From: Antedon mediterranea
Lineage: Eukaryota > Animalia > Echinodermata
NCBI RefSeq assembly: GCF_964355755.1
Contig: NC_092671.1
Location: 22,027,317 to 22,091,316, forward strand
DNA length: 64,000 nucleotides
Direction of reading: 5' to 3'
Shown piece by piece: positions 39,601 through 54,837 of this stretch. Position 1 is the stretch's first letter, and each line of letters opens with the position of its first letter. The notes below the pieces were generated by a model. It was not told the origin of the DNA, searched no databases, and was given only the letters and a program-made list of their open reading frames with translations. The position numbers and the translations under genes were made by a program.

Positions 39601-42600
39601 TCAAATCGCATTTGGAGACGTTTTAGACCATTTTGTGCATTTCGATGAAACTTGGTTACGCAAAAACATCAAAGTGCTTAAAATCACATTATAAACCGTT
39701 TTAGACCATTTTGAGCATATCGATAAAACTTTTTACACAAAACACCAAAGTGCTTAGAATAGCTTCAAATCGCATTTGGAAACGTTTTAGAACATTTTGT
39801 GATTTTCGAAAAAACTTGTTAACATAAAAACATCAAAGAGCACAAAATAGCTTAATATCGTATTTGGAAACGTTTTAGAACATTTTGTGATTTTCGAAAA
39901 AACTTGTTAACATAAAACACCAAAGTGTACAGAATAGCTTCAAATCGCATTTGGAGACATTTTAGACCAATTTGTGATTTCCGAAAAAAACTTGTTAACA
40001 TAAAAACACCAAAGTGCTAAGAATAGCTTCAAATCGCATTTGGAGACATTTTAGACCAATTTGTGATTTTCGAAAAAACTTGGTTACACAAAAACATCAA
40101 AGTGCTTAAAATCACATTATAAAACCGTTTTAGACCATTTTGAGCATTTCGATAACACTTTTCACACAAAAACATCAAAGAGCATAAAATAGGTTAATAT
40201 CGTATTTAAAAACGTTTTAGACCATTTTGAGCATTTCGACAAAACTTTTTCACACAAAACACCAAAGTGTACAGAATAGCTTAATATCGTATTTAAAAAC
40301 GTTTTAGACCATTTTGTGATTTTCGAAAAAACTTGTTAACATAAAAACACCAAAGTGCTTAGAATAGCTTCAAATCGCATTGGGAGACGTTTTAGACCAT
40401 TTTGTGATTTTCGAAAAAACTTGTTAACATAAAAACATCAAAGTGTACAGAATAGCTTCAAATCGCATTTGGAGACGTTTTAGACCATTTTGTGATTTTC
40501 GAAAAAAACTTGTTAACATAAAAACACCAAAGTGCTTAGAATAGCTTCAAATCGCATTTGGAGACGTTTTAGACCAATTTGTGATTTTCGAAAAAACTTG
40601 GTTACACAAAAACATCAAAGTGGATAAAATCACATTATAAACCGTTTTAGACCATTTTGAGAATTTCGATAACACATTTCACAAAAAAACATCAAAGAGC
40701 ACAAAATAGCTTAATATCGTATTTAAAAACGTTTTAAACCATTTTGAGCATTTCGACAAAACTTTTTCACACAAAACACCAATGTGTACAGAATAGCTTC
40801 AAATCGCATTTGGAGACGTTTTAGACCATTTTGTGATTTTCGAAAAAACTTGTTAATATAAAAACACCAAAGTACTTAGAATAGCTTCAAATCGCATTTG
40901 GAGACGTTTTAGACCATTTTGTGATTTTCGAAAAAACTTGTTATCATAAAAACACCAAAGTTCTTAAAATAGCTTCAAATGGCATTTGGAGACGTTTAAG
41001 ACCATTTTGTGATTTTCGAAAAAACTTGTTAACACAAAAACACCAAAGTGTTTAGAAAAGCTTCAAATCGCATTTGGAGACGTTTTAGACCATTTTGGGA
41101 TTTTCGAAAAAACTTGTTAACATAAAAACACCAAAGTGCTTAGAATAGCTTCAAATCGCATTTGGAGACGTTTTAGACCATTTTGTAATTTTCAAAAAAA
41201 CTTGTTAACATAAAAACACCAAAGTTCTTAGAATAGCTTCAAATCGCATTTGAAGACGTTTTAGACCATTTTGTGCATTTCGATGAAACTTGGTTACACA
41301 AAAACATCAAAGTGCTTAAAATCACATTATAAACCGTTTTAGACCATTTGAGCATTTCGATAACACTTTTCACACAAAAACATCAAAGAGCACAATATAG
41401 ATTAATATCCTATTTAAAAACGTTTTAGACCATTTTGAGCATTTCGACAAAACTTTTTCACACAAAACACCAAAGTGCTTAGAATACCTTCAAATCGCAT
41501 TTGGATACGTTTTAGACCATTTTGTGATTTTCGAAAAAACTTGTTAACATAAAAACATCAAAGTTTACAGAATAGCTTCAAATCGCATTTGGAGACGTTT
41601 TAGACAATTTTGTGATTTTCGAAAAAACTTGTTAACATAAAAACACCAAAGTGCTTAGAATAGCTTCAAATCGCATTGGGAGACGTTTTAGACCATTTTG
41701 TGATTTTGGAAAAAACTTGTTAACATAAAAACATCAAAGTGTACAGAATAGCTTCAAATCGCATTTGGAGACGTTTTAGACCATTTTGTGATTTTCGAAA
41801 AAACTTGTTAACATAAAAACACCAAAGTACTTAGAATAGCTTCAAATCGCATTTGGAGAAGTTTTAGACCATTTTGTGATTTTCGAAAAAACTTGTTAAC
41901 ATAAAAACACCAAAGTGATTAGAATAGCTTCAAATCGCATTTGGAGACGTTTTAGACCATTTTGTGCATTTCGATGAAACTTGGTTACGCAAAAACATCA
42001 AAGTGCTTAAAATCACATTATAAACCGTTTTAGACCATTTTGAGCATATCGATAAAACTTTTTACACAAAACACCAAAGTGCTTAGAATAGCTTCAAATC
42101 GCATTTGGAGACGTTTTAGACCATTTTGTGATTTTCGATGAAACTTGGATACGCAAAAACATCAAAGTGCTTAAAATCACATTATAAACCGTTTTAGACC
42201 ATTTTGAGCATATCGATAAAACTTTTTACACAAAACACCAAAGTGCTTAGAATAGCTTCAAATCGCATTTGGAGACGTTTTAGACCATTTTGTGATTTTC
42301 GATGAAACTTGGTTACGCAAAAACATCAAAGTGCTTAAAATCACATTATAAACCGTTTTAGACCATTTTGAGCATATCGATAAAACTTTTTACACAAAAC
42401 ACCAAAGTGCTTAGAATAGCTTCAAATCGCATTTGGAGACGTTTTAGACCATTTTGTGATTTTCGAAAAAACTTGTTAACATAAAAACACCAAAGTACTT
42501 AGAATAGCTTCAAATCGCATTTGGAGAAGTTTTAGACCATTTTGTGATTTTCGAAAAAACTTGTTAACATAAAAACACCAAAGTGATTAGAATAGCTTCA

Positions 42601-45600
42601 AATCGCATTTGGAGACGTTTTAGACCATTTTGTGCATTTCGATGAAACTTGGTTACGCAAAAACATCAAAGTGCTTAAAATCACATTATAAACCGTTTTA
42701 GACCATTTTGAGCATATCGATAAAACTTTTTACACAAAACACCAAAGTGCTTAGAATAGCTTCAAATCGCATTTGGAGACGTTTTAGACCATTTTGTGAT
42801 TTTCGAAAAAAACTTTTTAACATAAAAACACCAAACTGCTAAGAATAGCTTCAAATCGCATATGGAGACAATTTAGACCATTTTGTGATTTTCGAAAAAA
42901 CTTGTTAACATAAAAACACCAAAGTGCTTAGAATACCTTCAAATCGCATTTGGAGACGTTTTAGACCATTTTGTGATTTTCGAAAAAACTTGTTAACATA
43001 AAAACATCAAAGTGCTAAGAATAGCTTCCAATCGCATTTGGAGACATTTTAGACCATTTTGTGCATTTCGATGAAACTTGGTTACGCAAAAACATCAAAG
43101 TGCTTAAAATCACATTATAAACCGTTTTAGACCATTTTGAGCATATCGATAACACTTTTCACACAAAAACATCAAAGAGCACAATATAGCTTAATATCGT
43201 ATTTAAAAACGTTTTAGACCATTTTGAGCATTTCGACAAAACTTTTTCACACAAAACACCAAAGTGCTTAGAATAGCTTCAAATCGCATTGGGAGACGTT
43301 TTAGACCATTTTGTGATTTTGGAAAAAACTTGTTAACATAAAAACATCAAAGTGTACAGAATAGCTTCAAATCGCATTTGGAGACGTTTTAGACCATTTT
43401 GTGATTTTCGAAAAAACTTGTTAACATAAAAACAACAAAGTGCTTAGAATAGCTTCAAATCGCATTTGGAGACGTTTTAGACCATTTTGTGATTTTCGAA
43501 AAAACTTGTTAACATAAAAACACCAAAGTGCTTAGAATAGCTTCAAATCGCATTTGGAGACGTTTTAGACCAATTTGTGATTTTCGAAAAAAACTTGTTA
43601 ACATAAAAACACCAAAGTGCTTAGAATAGCTTCAAATCGCATTTGGAGACGTTTTAGACCATTTTGTAATTTTCAAAAAAACTTGTTAACATAAAAACAC
43701 CAAAGTTCTTAGAATAGCTTCAAATCGCATTTGGAGACGTTTTAGACCATTTTGTGATTTTCGAAAAAACTTGTTAACACAAAAACACCAAAGTGTTTAG
43801 AAAAGCTTAAAATCGCATTTGGAGACGTTTTAGACCATTTTGGGATTTTCGAAAAAACTTGTTAACATAAAAACACCAAAGTGCTTAGAATAGCTTCAAA
43901 TCGCATTTGGAGACGTTTTAGACCATTTTGTAATTTTCAAAAAAACTTGTTAACATAAAAACACCAAAGTTCTTAGAATAGCTTCAAATCGCATTTGGAG
44001 ACGTTTTAGACCATTTTGTGCATTTCGATGAAACTTGGTTACACAAAAACATAAAAGTGCTTAAAATCACATTATAAACCGTTTTAGACCATTTGAGCAT
44101 TTCGATAACACTTTTCACACAAAAACATCAAAGAGCACAATATAGCTTAATATCCTATTTAAAAACGTTTTAGACCATTTTGAGCATTTCAACAAAACTT
44201 TTTCACACAAAACACCAAAGTGCTTAGAATACCTTCAAATCGCATTTGGAGACGTTTTAGACCATTTTGTGATTTTCGAAAAAACTTGTTAACATAAAAA
44301 CATCAAAGTTTACAGAATAGCTTCAAATCGCATTTGGAGACGTTTTAGACAATTTTGTGATTTTCGAAAAAACTTGTTAACATAAAAACACCAAAGTGCT
44401 TAGAATAGCTTCAAATCGCATTGGGAGACGTTTTAGGCCATTTTGTGATTTTCGAAAAAACTTGTTAACATAAAAACATCAAAGTGTACAGAATAGATTC
44501 AAATCGCATTTGGAGACGTTTTAGACCATTTTGTGATTTTCGAAAAAACTTGTTAACATAAAAACACCAAAGTGCTTAGAATAGCTTCAAATCGCATTTG
44601 GAGACGTTTTAAAGCATTTTGTGATTTTCGAAAAAACTTGTTAACATAAAAACACCAAAATGTTTAGAATAGCTTCAAATCGCATTTGGAGACGTTTTAG
44701 ACCATTTTGTGATTTTCGAAAAAACTTGTTAACACAAAAACACCAAAGTGATTAGAATAGCTTCAAATCGCATTTGGAGACGTTTTAGACCATTTTGTGA
44801 TTTTCGAAAAAACTTGTTAACATAAAAACACCAAAGTGATTAGAATAGCTTCAAATCGCATTTGGAGACGTTTTAGACCATTTTGTGCATTTCGATGAAA
44901 CTTGGTTACGCAAAAACATCAAAGTGCTTAAAATCACATTATAAACCGTTTTAGACCATTTTGAGCATATCGATAACAGTTTTCACACAAAAACATCAAA
45001 GAGCACAATATAGCTTAATATCGTATTTAAAAACGTTTTAGACCATTTTGAGCATTTCGACAAAACTTTTTCACACAAAACACCAAAGTGCTTAGAATAG
45101 CTTCAAATCGCTTTTGGAGACGTTTTAGACCATTTTGTGATTTTCGAAAAAACTTGTTAACATAAAAACATCAGAGTGCTAAGAATAGCTTCAAATCGCA
45201 TTTGGAGACATTTTAGACCAATTAGTGATTTTCGAAAAAACTTGGTTACACAAAAACATCAAAGTGGTTAAAATCACATTATAAACCGTTTTAGACCATT
45301 TTGAGCATTTCGATAACACTTTTCACACAAAAACATCAAAGTGCTTAGAATAGCTTCAAATCGCATTTGGAGACGTTTTAGACCATTTTGTGATTTTCGA
45401 AAAAAACTTTTTAACATAAAAACACCAAACTGCTAAGAATAGCTTGAAATCGCAAATGGAGACAATTTAGACCATTTTGTGATTTTCGATGAAACTTGGT
45501 TACACAAAAACATCAAAGTGCTTAAAATCACATTATAAACCGTTTTAGACCATTTGAGCATTTCGATAACACTTTTCACACAAAAACATCAAAGAGCACA

Positions 45601-48600
45601 ATATAGCTTAATATCCTATTTAAAAACGTTTTAGACCATTTTGAGCATTTCGACAAAACTTTTTCACACAAAACACCAAAGTGCAAAGTGCTTAGAATAG
45701 CTTCAAATCGCATTGGGAGACGTTTTAGACCATTTTGTGATTTTCGAAAAAACTTGTTAACATAAAAACATCAAAGTGTACAGAATAGCTTCAAATCGCA
45801 TTTGGAGACGTTTTAGACCATTTTGTGATTTTCGAAAAAACTTGTTAACACAAAAACACCAAAGTGTTTAGAAAAGCTTCAAATCGCATTTGGAGACGTT
45901 TTAGACCATTTTGGGATTTTCGAAAAAACTTGTTAACATAAAAACACCAAAGTGCTTAGAATAGCTTCAAATCGCATTTGGAGACGTTTTAGACCATTTT
46001 GTAATTTTCAAAAAAAATTGTTAACATAAAAACACCAAAGTTCTTAGAATAGCTTCAAATCGCATTTGGAGACGTTTTAGACCATTTTGTGCATTTCGAT
46101 GAAACTTGGTTACACAAAAACATCAAAGTGCTTAAAACACATTATAAACCGTTTTAGACCATTTGAGCATTTCGATAACACTTTTCACAAAAAAACATCA
46201 AAGAGCACAATATAGATTAATATCCTATTTAAAAACGTTTTAGACCATTTTGAGCATTTCGACAAAACTTTTTCACACAAAACACCAAAGTGCTTAGAAT
46301 ACCTTCAAATCGCATTTGGAGACGTTTTAGACCATTTTGTGATTTTCGAAAAAACTTGTTAACATAAAAACATCAAAGTTTACAGAATAGCTTCAAATCG
46401 CATTTGGAGACGTTTTAGACAATTTTGTGATTTTCGAAAAAACTTGTTAACATAAAAACACCAAAGTGCTTAGAATAGCTTCAAATCGCATTGGGAGACG
46501 TTTTAGACCATTTTGTGATTTTCGAAAAAACTTGTTAACATAAAAACATCAAAGTTTACAGAATAGCTTCAAATCGCATTTGGAGACGTTTTAGACCATT
46601 TTGTGATTTTCGAAAAAACTTGTTAACATAAAAACACCAAAGTGCTTAGAATAGCTTCAAATCGCATTTGGAGACGTTTTAAACCATTTTGTGTTTTTCG
46701 AAAAAACTTGTTAACATAAAAACACCAAAATGTTTAGAATAGCTTCAAATCGCATTTGGAGACGTTTTAGACCATTTTGTGATTTTCGAAAAAACTTGTT
46801 AACATAAAAACACCAAAGTGATTAGAATAGCTTCAAATCGCATTTGGAGACGTTTTAGACCATTTTGTGCATTTCGATGAAACTTGGTTACGCAAAAACA
46901 TCAAAGTGCTTAAAATCACATTATAAACCGTTTTAGACCATTTTGAGCATATCGATAAAACTTTTTACACAAAACACCAAAGTGCTTAGAATAGCTTCAA
47001 ATCGCATTTGGAAACGTTTTAGAACATTTTGTGATTTTCGAAAAAACTTGTTAACATAAAAACATCAAAGAGCACAAAATAGCTTAATATCGTATTTGGA
47101 AACGTTTTAGAACATTTTGTGATTTTCGAAAAAACTTGTTAACATAAAACACCAAAGTGTACAGAATAGCTTCAAATCGCATTTGGAGACATTTTAGACC
47201 AATTTGTGATTTCCGAAAAAAACTTGTTAACATAAAAACACCAAAGTGCTAAGAATAGCTTCAAATCGCATTTGGAGACATTTTAGACCAATTTGTGATT
47301 TTCGAAAAAACTTGGTTACACAAAAACATCAAAGTGCTTAAAATCACATTATAAAACCGTTTTAGACCATTTTGAGCATTTCGATAACACTTTTCACACA
47401 AAAACATCAAAGAGCATAAAATAGGTTAATATCGTATTTAAAAACGTTTTAGACCATTTTGAGCATTTCGACAAAACTTTTTCACACAAAACACCAAAGT
47501 GTACAGAATAGCTTAATATCGTATTTAAAAACGTTTTAGACCATTTTGTGATTTTCGAAAAAACTTGTTAACATAAAAACACCAAAGTGCTTAGAATAGC
47601 TTCAAATCGCATTGGGAGACGTTTTAGACCATTTTGTGATTTTCGAAAAAACTTGTTAACATAAAAACATCAAAGTGTACAGAATAGCTTCAAATCGCAT
47701 TTGGAGACGTTTTAGACCATTTTGTGATTTTCGAAAAAAACTTGTTAACATAAAAACACCAAAGTGCTTAGAATAGCTTCAAATCGCATTTGGAGACGTT
47801 TTAGACCAATTTGTGATTTTCGAAAAAACTTGGTTACACAAAAACATCAAAGTGGATAAAATCACATTATAAACCGTTTTAGACCATTTTGAGAATTTCG
47901 ATAACACATTTCACAAAAAAACATCAAAGAGCACAAAATAGCTTAATATCGTATTTAAAAACGTTTTAAACCATTTTGAGCATTTCGACAAAACTTTTTC
48001 ACACAAAACACCAATGTGTACAGAATAGCTTCAAATCGCATTTGGAGACGTTTTAGACCATTTTGTAATTTTCGAAAAAACTTGTTAATATAAAAACACC
48101 AAAGTACTTAGAATAGCTTCAAATCGCATTTGGAGACGTTTTAGACCATTTTGTGATTTTCGAAAAAACTTGTTATCATAAAAACACCAAAGTTCTTAAA
48201 ATAGCTTCAAATCGCATTTGGAGACGTTTAAGACCATTTTGTGATTTTCGAAAAAACTTGTTAACACAAAAACACCAAAGTGTTTAGAAAAGCTTCAAAT
48301 CGCATTTGGAGACGTTTTAGACCATTTTGGGATTTTCGAAAAAACTTGTTAACATAAAAACACCAAAGTGCTTAGAATAGCTTCAAATCGCATTTGGAGA
48401 CGTTTTAGACCATTTTGTAATTTTCAAAAAAACTTGTTAACATAAAAACACCAAAGTTCTTAGAATAGCTTCAAATCGCATTTGAAGACGTTTTAGACCA
48501 TTTTGTGCATTTCGATGAAACTTGGTTACACAAAAACATCAAAGTGCTTAAAATCACATTATAAACCGTTTTAGACCATTTGAGCATTTCGATAACACTT

Positions 48601-51600
48601 TTCACACAAAAACATCAAAGAGCACAATATAGATTAATATCCTATTTAAAAACGTTTTAGACCATTTTGAGCATTTCGACAAAACTTTTTCACACAAAAC
48701 ACCAAAGTGCTTAGAATACCTTCAAATCGCATTTGGAGACGTTTTAGACCATTTTGTGATTTTCGAAAAAACTTGTTAACATAAAAACATCAAAGTTTAC
48801 AGAATAGCTTCAAATCGCATTTGGAGACGTTTTAGACAATTTTGTGATTTTCGAAAAAACTTGTTAACATAAAAACACCAAAGTGCTTAGAATAGCTTCA
48901 AATCGCATTGGGAGACGTTTTAGACCATTTTGTGATTTTGGAAAAAACTTGTTAACATAAAAACATCAAAGTGTACAGAATAGCTTCAAATCGCATTTGG
49001 AGACGTTTTAGACCATTTTGTGATTTTCGAAAAAACTTGTTAACATAAAAACACCAAAGTACTTAGAATAGCTTCAAATCGCATTTGGAGAAGTTTTAGA
49101 CCATTTTGTGATTTTCGAAAAAACTTGTTAACATAAAAACACCAAAGTGATTAGAATAGCTTCAAATCGCATTTGGAGACGTTTTAGACCATTTTGTGCA
49201 TTTCGATGAAACTTGGTTACGCAAAAACATCAAAGTGCTTAAAATCACATTATAAACCGTTTTAGACCATTTTGAGCATATCGATAAAACTTTTTACACA
49301 AAACACCAAAGTGCTTAGAATAGCTTCAAATCGCATTTGGAGACGTTTTAGACCATTTTGTGATTTTCGATGAAACTTGGATACGCAAAAACATCAAAGT
49401 GCTTAAAATCACATTATAAACCGTTTTAGACCATTTTGAGCATATCGATAAAACTTTTTACACAAAACACCAAAGTGCTTAGAATAGCTTCAAATCGCAT
49501 TTGGAGACGTTTTAGACCATTTTGTGATTTTCGAAAAAACTTGTTAACATAAAAACACCAAAGTACTTAGAATAGCTTCAAATCGCATTTGGAGAAGTTT
49601 TAGACCATTTTCTGATTTTCGAAAAAACTTGTTAACATAAAAACACCAAAGTGATTAGAATAGCTTCAAATCGCATTTGGAGACGTTTTAGACCATTTTG
49701 TGCATTTCGATGAAACTTGGTTACGCAAAAACATCAAAGTGCTTAAAATCACATTATAAACCGTTTTAGACCATTTTGAGCATATCGATAAAACTTTTTA
49801 CACAAAACACCAAAGTGCTTAGAATAGCTTCAAATCGCATTTGGAGACGTTTTAGACCATTTTGTGATTTTCGAAAAAAACTTTTTAACATAAAAACACC
49901 AAACTGCTAAGAATAGCTTCAAATCGCATATGGAGACAATTTAGACCATTTTGTGATTTTCGAAAAAACTTGTTAACATAAAAACACCAAAGTGCTTAGA
50001 ATACCTTCAAATCGCATTTGGAGACGTTTTAGACCATTTTGTGATTTTCGAAAAAACTTGTTAACATAAAAACATCAAAGTGCTAAGAATAGCTTCCAAT
50101 CGCATTTGGAGACATTTTAGACCATTTTGTGCATTTCGATGAAACTTGGTTACGCAAAAACATCAAAGTGCTTAAAATCACATTATAAACCGTTTTAGAC
50201 CATTTTGAGCATATCGATAACACTTTTCACACAAAAACATCAAAGAGCACAATATAGCTTAATATCGTATTTAAAAACGTTTTAGACCATTTTGAGCATT
50301 TCGACAAAACTTTTTCACACAAAACACCAAAGTGCTTAGAATAGCTTCAAATCGCATTTGGAGACGTTTTAGACCATTTTGTGATTTTCGAAAAAACTTG
50401 TTAACATAAAAACATCAAAGGGCTAAGAATAGCTTCAAATCGCATTTGGAGACATTTTAGACCAATTAGTGATTTTCGAAAAAACTTGGTTACACAAAAA
50501 CATCAAAGTGGTTAAAATCACATTATAAACCGTTTTAGACCATTTTGAGCATTTCGATAACACTTTTCACACAAAAACATCAAAGTGCTTAGAATAGCTT
50601 CAAATCGCATTTGGAGACGTTTTAGACCATTTTGTGATTTTCGAAAAAAACTTTTTAACATAAAAACACCAAACTGCTAAGAATAGCTTCAAATCGCATA
50701 TGGAGACAATTTAGACAATTTTGTGATTTTCGAAAAAACTTGTTAACATAAAAACACCAAAGTGCTTAGAATACCTTCAAATCGCATTTGGAGACGTTTT
50801 AGACCATTTTGTGATTTTCGAAAAAACTTGTTAACATAAAAACATCAAAGTGCTAAGAATAGCTTCAAATCGCATTTGGAGACATTTTAGACCAATTAGT
50901 GATTTTCGAAAAAACTTGGTTACACAAAAACATCAAAGTGGTTAAAATCACATTATAAACCGTTTTAGACCATTTTGAGCATTTCGATAACACTTTTCAC
51001 ACAAAAACATCAAAGTGCTTAGAATAGCTTCAAATCGCATTTGGAGACGTTTTAGACCATTTTGTGATTTTCGAAAAAAACTTTTTAACATAAAAACACC
51101 AAACTGCTAAGAATAGCTTCAAATCGCATATGGAGACAATTTAGACCATTTTGTGATTTTCGAAAAAACTTGTTAACATAAAAACACCAAAGTGCTTAGA
51201 ATACCTTCAAATCGCATTTGGAGACGTTTTAGACCATTTTGTGATTTTCGAAAAAACTTGTTAACATAAAAACATCAAAGTGCTAAGAATAGCTTCCAAT
51301 CGCATTTGGAGACATTTTAGACCAATTTGTGATTTTCGAAAAAACTTGGTTACACAAAAACATCAAAGTGCTTAAAATCACAATATAAAACCGTTTTAGA
51401 CCATTTTGAGCATTTCGATAACACTTTTCACACAAAAACATCAAAGTGCTTAAAATAGCTTCAAATCGCATTTGGAGACGTTTTAGACCATTTTGTGATT
51501 TTCGAAAAAAACTTTTAAACATAAAAACATCAAAGTGTACAGAATAGCTTCAAATCGCATTTGGAGACGTTTTAGACCATTTTGTGATTTTCGAAAAAAC
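29800..51600 (+). repeat. About 2.5-3 tandem copies of a variable ~7.2-9.3 kb super-unit
   Basis: The diagnostic T of CACCAATGTG lies at 31480, 40783 and 48015, and TTATCATA occurs near 31640, 40941 and 48173. The 7-bp duplication AAAGTGCAAAGTGC lies at 36710/45678 (offset 8968) and GAGAATTTCG at 40659/47891 (offset 7232). ORFs 34747 and 51283 differ by 16536. Confidence 0.85.
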
Positions 51601-52379
51601 TTGTTAACATAAAAACACCAAAGTGCTTAGAATAGCTTAAAATCGCATTTGGAGACGTTTTAGACCATTTTGTGATTTTCGAAAAAACTTGTTAACATAA
51701 AAACAACAAAGTGCTTAGAATAGCTTCAAATCGCATTTGGAAACGTTTTAGACCATTTTGTGATTTTCGAAAAAACTTGTTAACATAAAAACACCAAAGT
51801 GCTTAGAATAGCTTAAAATCGTATTTGGAGACGTTTTAGACCATTTTGTGATTTTCGAAAAAACTTGTTAGCATAAAAACAACAAAGTTCTTAGAATAGC
51901 TTCAAATCGCATTTGGAGACGTTTTAGACCATTTTGTGATTTTCGAAAAAACTTGTTAACATAAAAACACCAAAGTGCTTAGAATAGCTTCAAATCGCAT
52001 TTGGAGACGTTTTAGACCAATTTGTGATTTTCGAAAAAACTTGGTTACACAAAAACATCAAAGTGGATAAAATCACATTATAAACCGTTTTAGACCATTT
52101 TGAGCATTTCGATAACACATTTCACACAAAAACATCAAAGAGCACAAAATAGCTTAATATCGTATTTAAAAACGTTTTAAACCATTTTGAGCATTTCGAC
52201 AAAACTTTTTCACACAAAACACCAAAGTGTACAGAATAGCTTCAAATCGCATTTGGAGACGTTTTAGACCATTTTGTGGTTTTCGAAAAAACTTGTTAAT
52301 ATAAAAACACCAAAGTACTTAGAATAACTTCAAATCGCATTTGGAGACGTTTTAGACCATTTTGTGATTTTCGAAAAAA

Positions 52380-54837
52380 CTTGTTAACATAAAAACACCA
52401 AAGTTCTTAAAATAGCTTCAAATCGCATTTGGAGACGTTTTAGACCATTTTGTGATTTTCGAAAAAACTTGTTAACACAAAAACACCAAAGTGTTTAGAA
52501 AAGCTTCAAATCGCATTTGGAGACGTTTTAGACCATTTTGGGATTTTCGAAAAAGCTTGTTAACATAAAAACACCAAAGTGCTTAGAATAGCTTCAAATC
52601 GCATTTGGAGACGTTTTAGACCATTTTGTAATTTTCAAAAAAACTTGTTAACATAAAAACATCAAAGTGCTAAGAATAGCTTCAAATCGCATTTGGAGAC
52701 GTTTTAGACAATTTTGTGATTTTCGAAAAAACTTGTTAACATAAAAACACCAAAGTGCTTAGAATAGCTTCAAATCGCATTTGGAGACGTTTTAGACCAT
52801 TTTGTGATTTTCGAAAAAACTTGTTAACATAAAAACACCAAAGTGCTTAGAATAGCTTCAAATCGCATTTGGAGACGTTTTAGACCAATTTGTGATTTTC
52901 GAAAAAAACTTGTTAACATAAAAACACCAAAGTGTTTAGAAAAGCTTAAAATCGCATTTGGAGACGTTTTAGACCATTTTGGGATTTTCGAAAAAACTTG
53001 TTAACATAAAAACACGAAAGTGCTTAGAATAGCTTCAAATCGCATTTGGAGACGTTTTAGACCATTTTGTAATTTTCAAAAAAACTTGTTAACATAAAAA
53101 CACCAAAGTTCTTAGAATAGCTTCAAATCGCATTTGGAGACGTTTTAGACCATTTTGTGCATTTCGATGAAACTTGGTTACACAAAAACATAAAAGTGCT
53201 TAAAATCACATTATAAACCGTTTTAGACCATTTGAGCATTTCGATAACACTTTTCATACAAAAACATCAAAGAGCACAATATAGCTTAATATCCTATTTA
53301 AAAACGTTTTAGACCATTTTGAGCATTTCAACAAAACTTTTTCACACAAAACACCAAAGTGCTTAGAATACCTTCAAATCGCATTTGGAGACGTTTTAGA
53401 CCATTTTGTGATTTTCGAAAAAACTTGTTAACATAAAAACATCAAAGTTTACAGAATAGCTTCAAATCGCATTTGGAGACGTTTTAGACAATTTTGTGAT
53501 TTTCGAAAAAACTTGTTAACATAAAAACACCAAAGTGCTTAGAATAGCTTCAAATCGCATTGGGAGACGTTTTAGGCCATTTTGTGATTTTCGAAAAAAC
53601 TTGTTAACATAAAAACACCAAAGTTCTTAAAATAGCTTCAAATCGCATTTGGAGACGTTTTAGACCATTTTGTGATTTTCGAAAAAACTTGTTAACACAA
53701 AAACACCAAAGTGTTTAGAAAAGCTTCAAATCGCATTTGGAGACGTTTTAGACCATTTTGGGATTTTCGAAAAAGCTTGTTAACATAAAAACACCAAAGT
53801 GCTTAGAATAGCTTCAAATCGCATTTGGAGACGTTTTAGACCATTTTGTAATTTTCAAAAAAACTTGTTAACATAAAAACATCAAAGTGCTAAGAATAGC
53901 TTCAAATCGCATTTGGAGACGTTTTAGACAATTTTGTGATTTTCGAAAAAACTTGTTAACATAAAAACACCAAAGTGCTTAGAATAGCTTCAAATCGCAT
54001 TTGGAGACGTTTTAGACCATTTTGTGATTTTCGAAAAAACTTGTTAACATAAAAACACCAAAGTGCTTAGAATAGCTTCAAATCGCATTTGGAGACGTTT
54101 TAGACCAATTTGTGATTTTCGAAAAAAACTTGTTAACATAAAAACACCAAAGTGTTTAGAAAAGCTTAAAATCGCATTTGGAGACGTTTTAGACCATTTT
54201 GGGATTTTCGAAAAAACTTGTTAACATAAAAACACGAAAGTGCTTAGAATAGCTTCAAATCGCATTTGGAGACGTTTTAGACCATTTTGTAATTTTCAAA
54301 AAAACTTGTTAACATAAAAACACCAAAGTTCTTAGAATAGCTTCAAATCGCATTTGGAGACGTTTTAGACCATTTTGTGCATTTCGATGAAACTTGGTTA
54401 CACAAAAACATAAAAGTGCTTAAAATCACATTATAAACCGTTTTAGACCATTTGAGCATTTCGATAACACTTTTCATACAAAAACATCAAAGAGCACAAT
54501 ATAGCTTAATATCCTATTTAAAAACGTTTTAGACCATTTTGAGCATTTCAACAAAACTTTTTCACACAAAACACCAAAGTGCTTAGAATACCTTCAAATC
54601 GCATTTGGAGACGTTTTAGACCATTTTGTGATTTTCGAAAAAACTTGTTAACATAAAAACATCAAAGTTTACAGAATAGCTTCAAATCGCATTTGGAGAC
54701 GTTTTAGACAATTTTGTGATTTTCGAAAAAACTTGTTAACATAAAAACACCAAAGTGCTTAGAATAGCTTCAAATCGCATTGGGAGACGTTTTAGGCCAT
54801 TTTGTGATTTTCGAAAAAACTTGTTAACATAAAAACA
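52380..54837 (+). repeat. Tandem duplication of 1220 bp (14 monomers)
   Basis: Private variants are AAAAGCTTGTT (G at 52555/53775) and AACACGAAAG (53011/54231). The crossover lies between 53577 and 53617. Confidence 0.92.
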
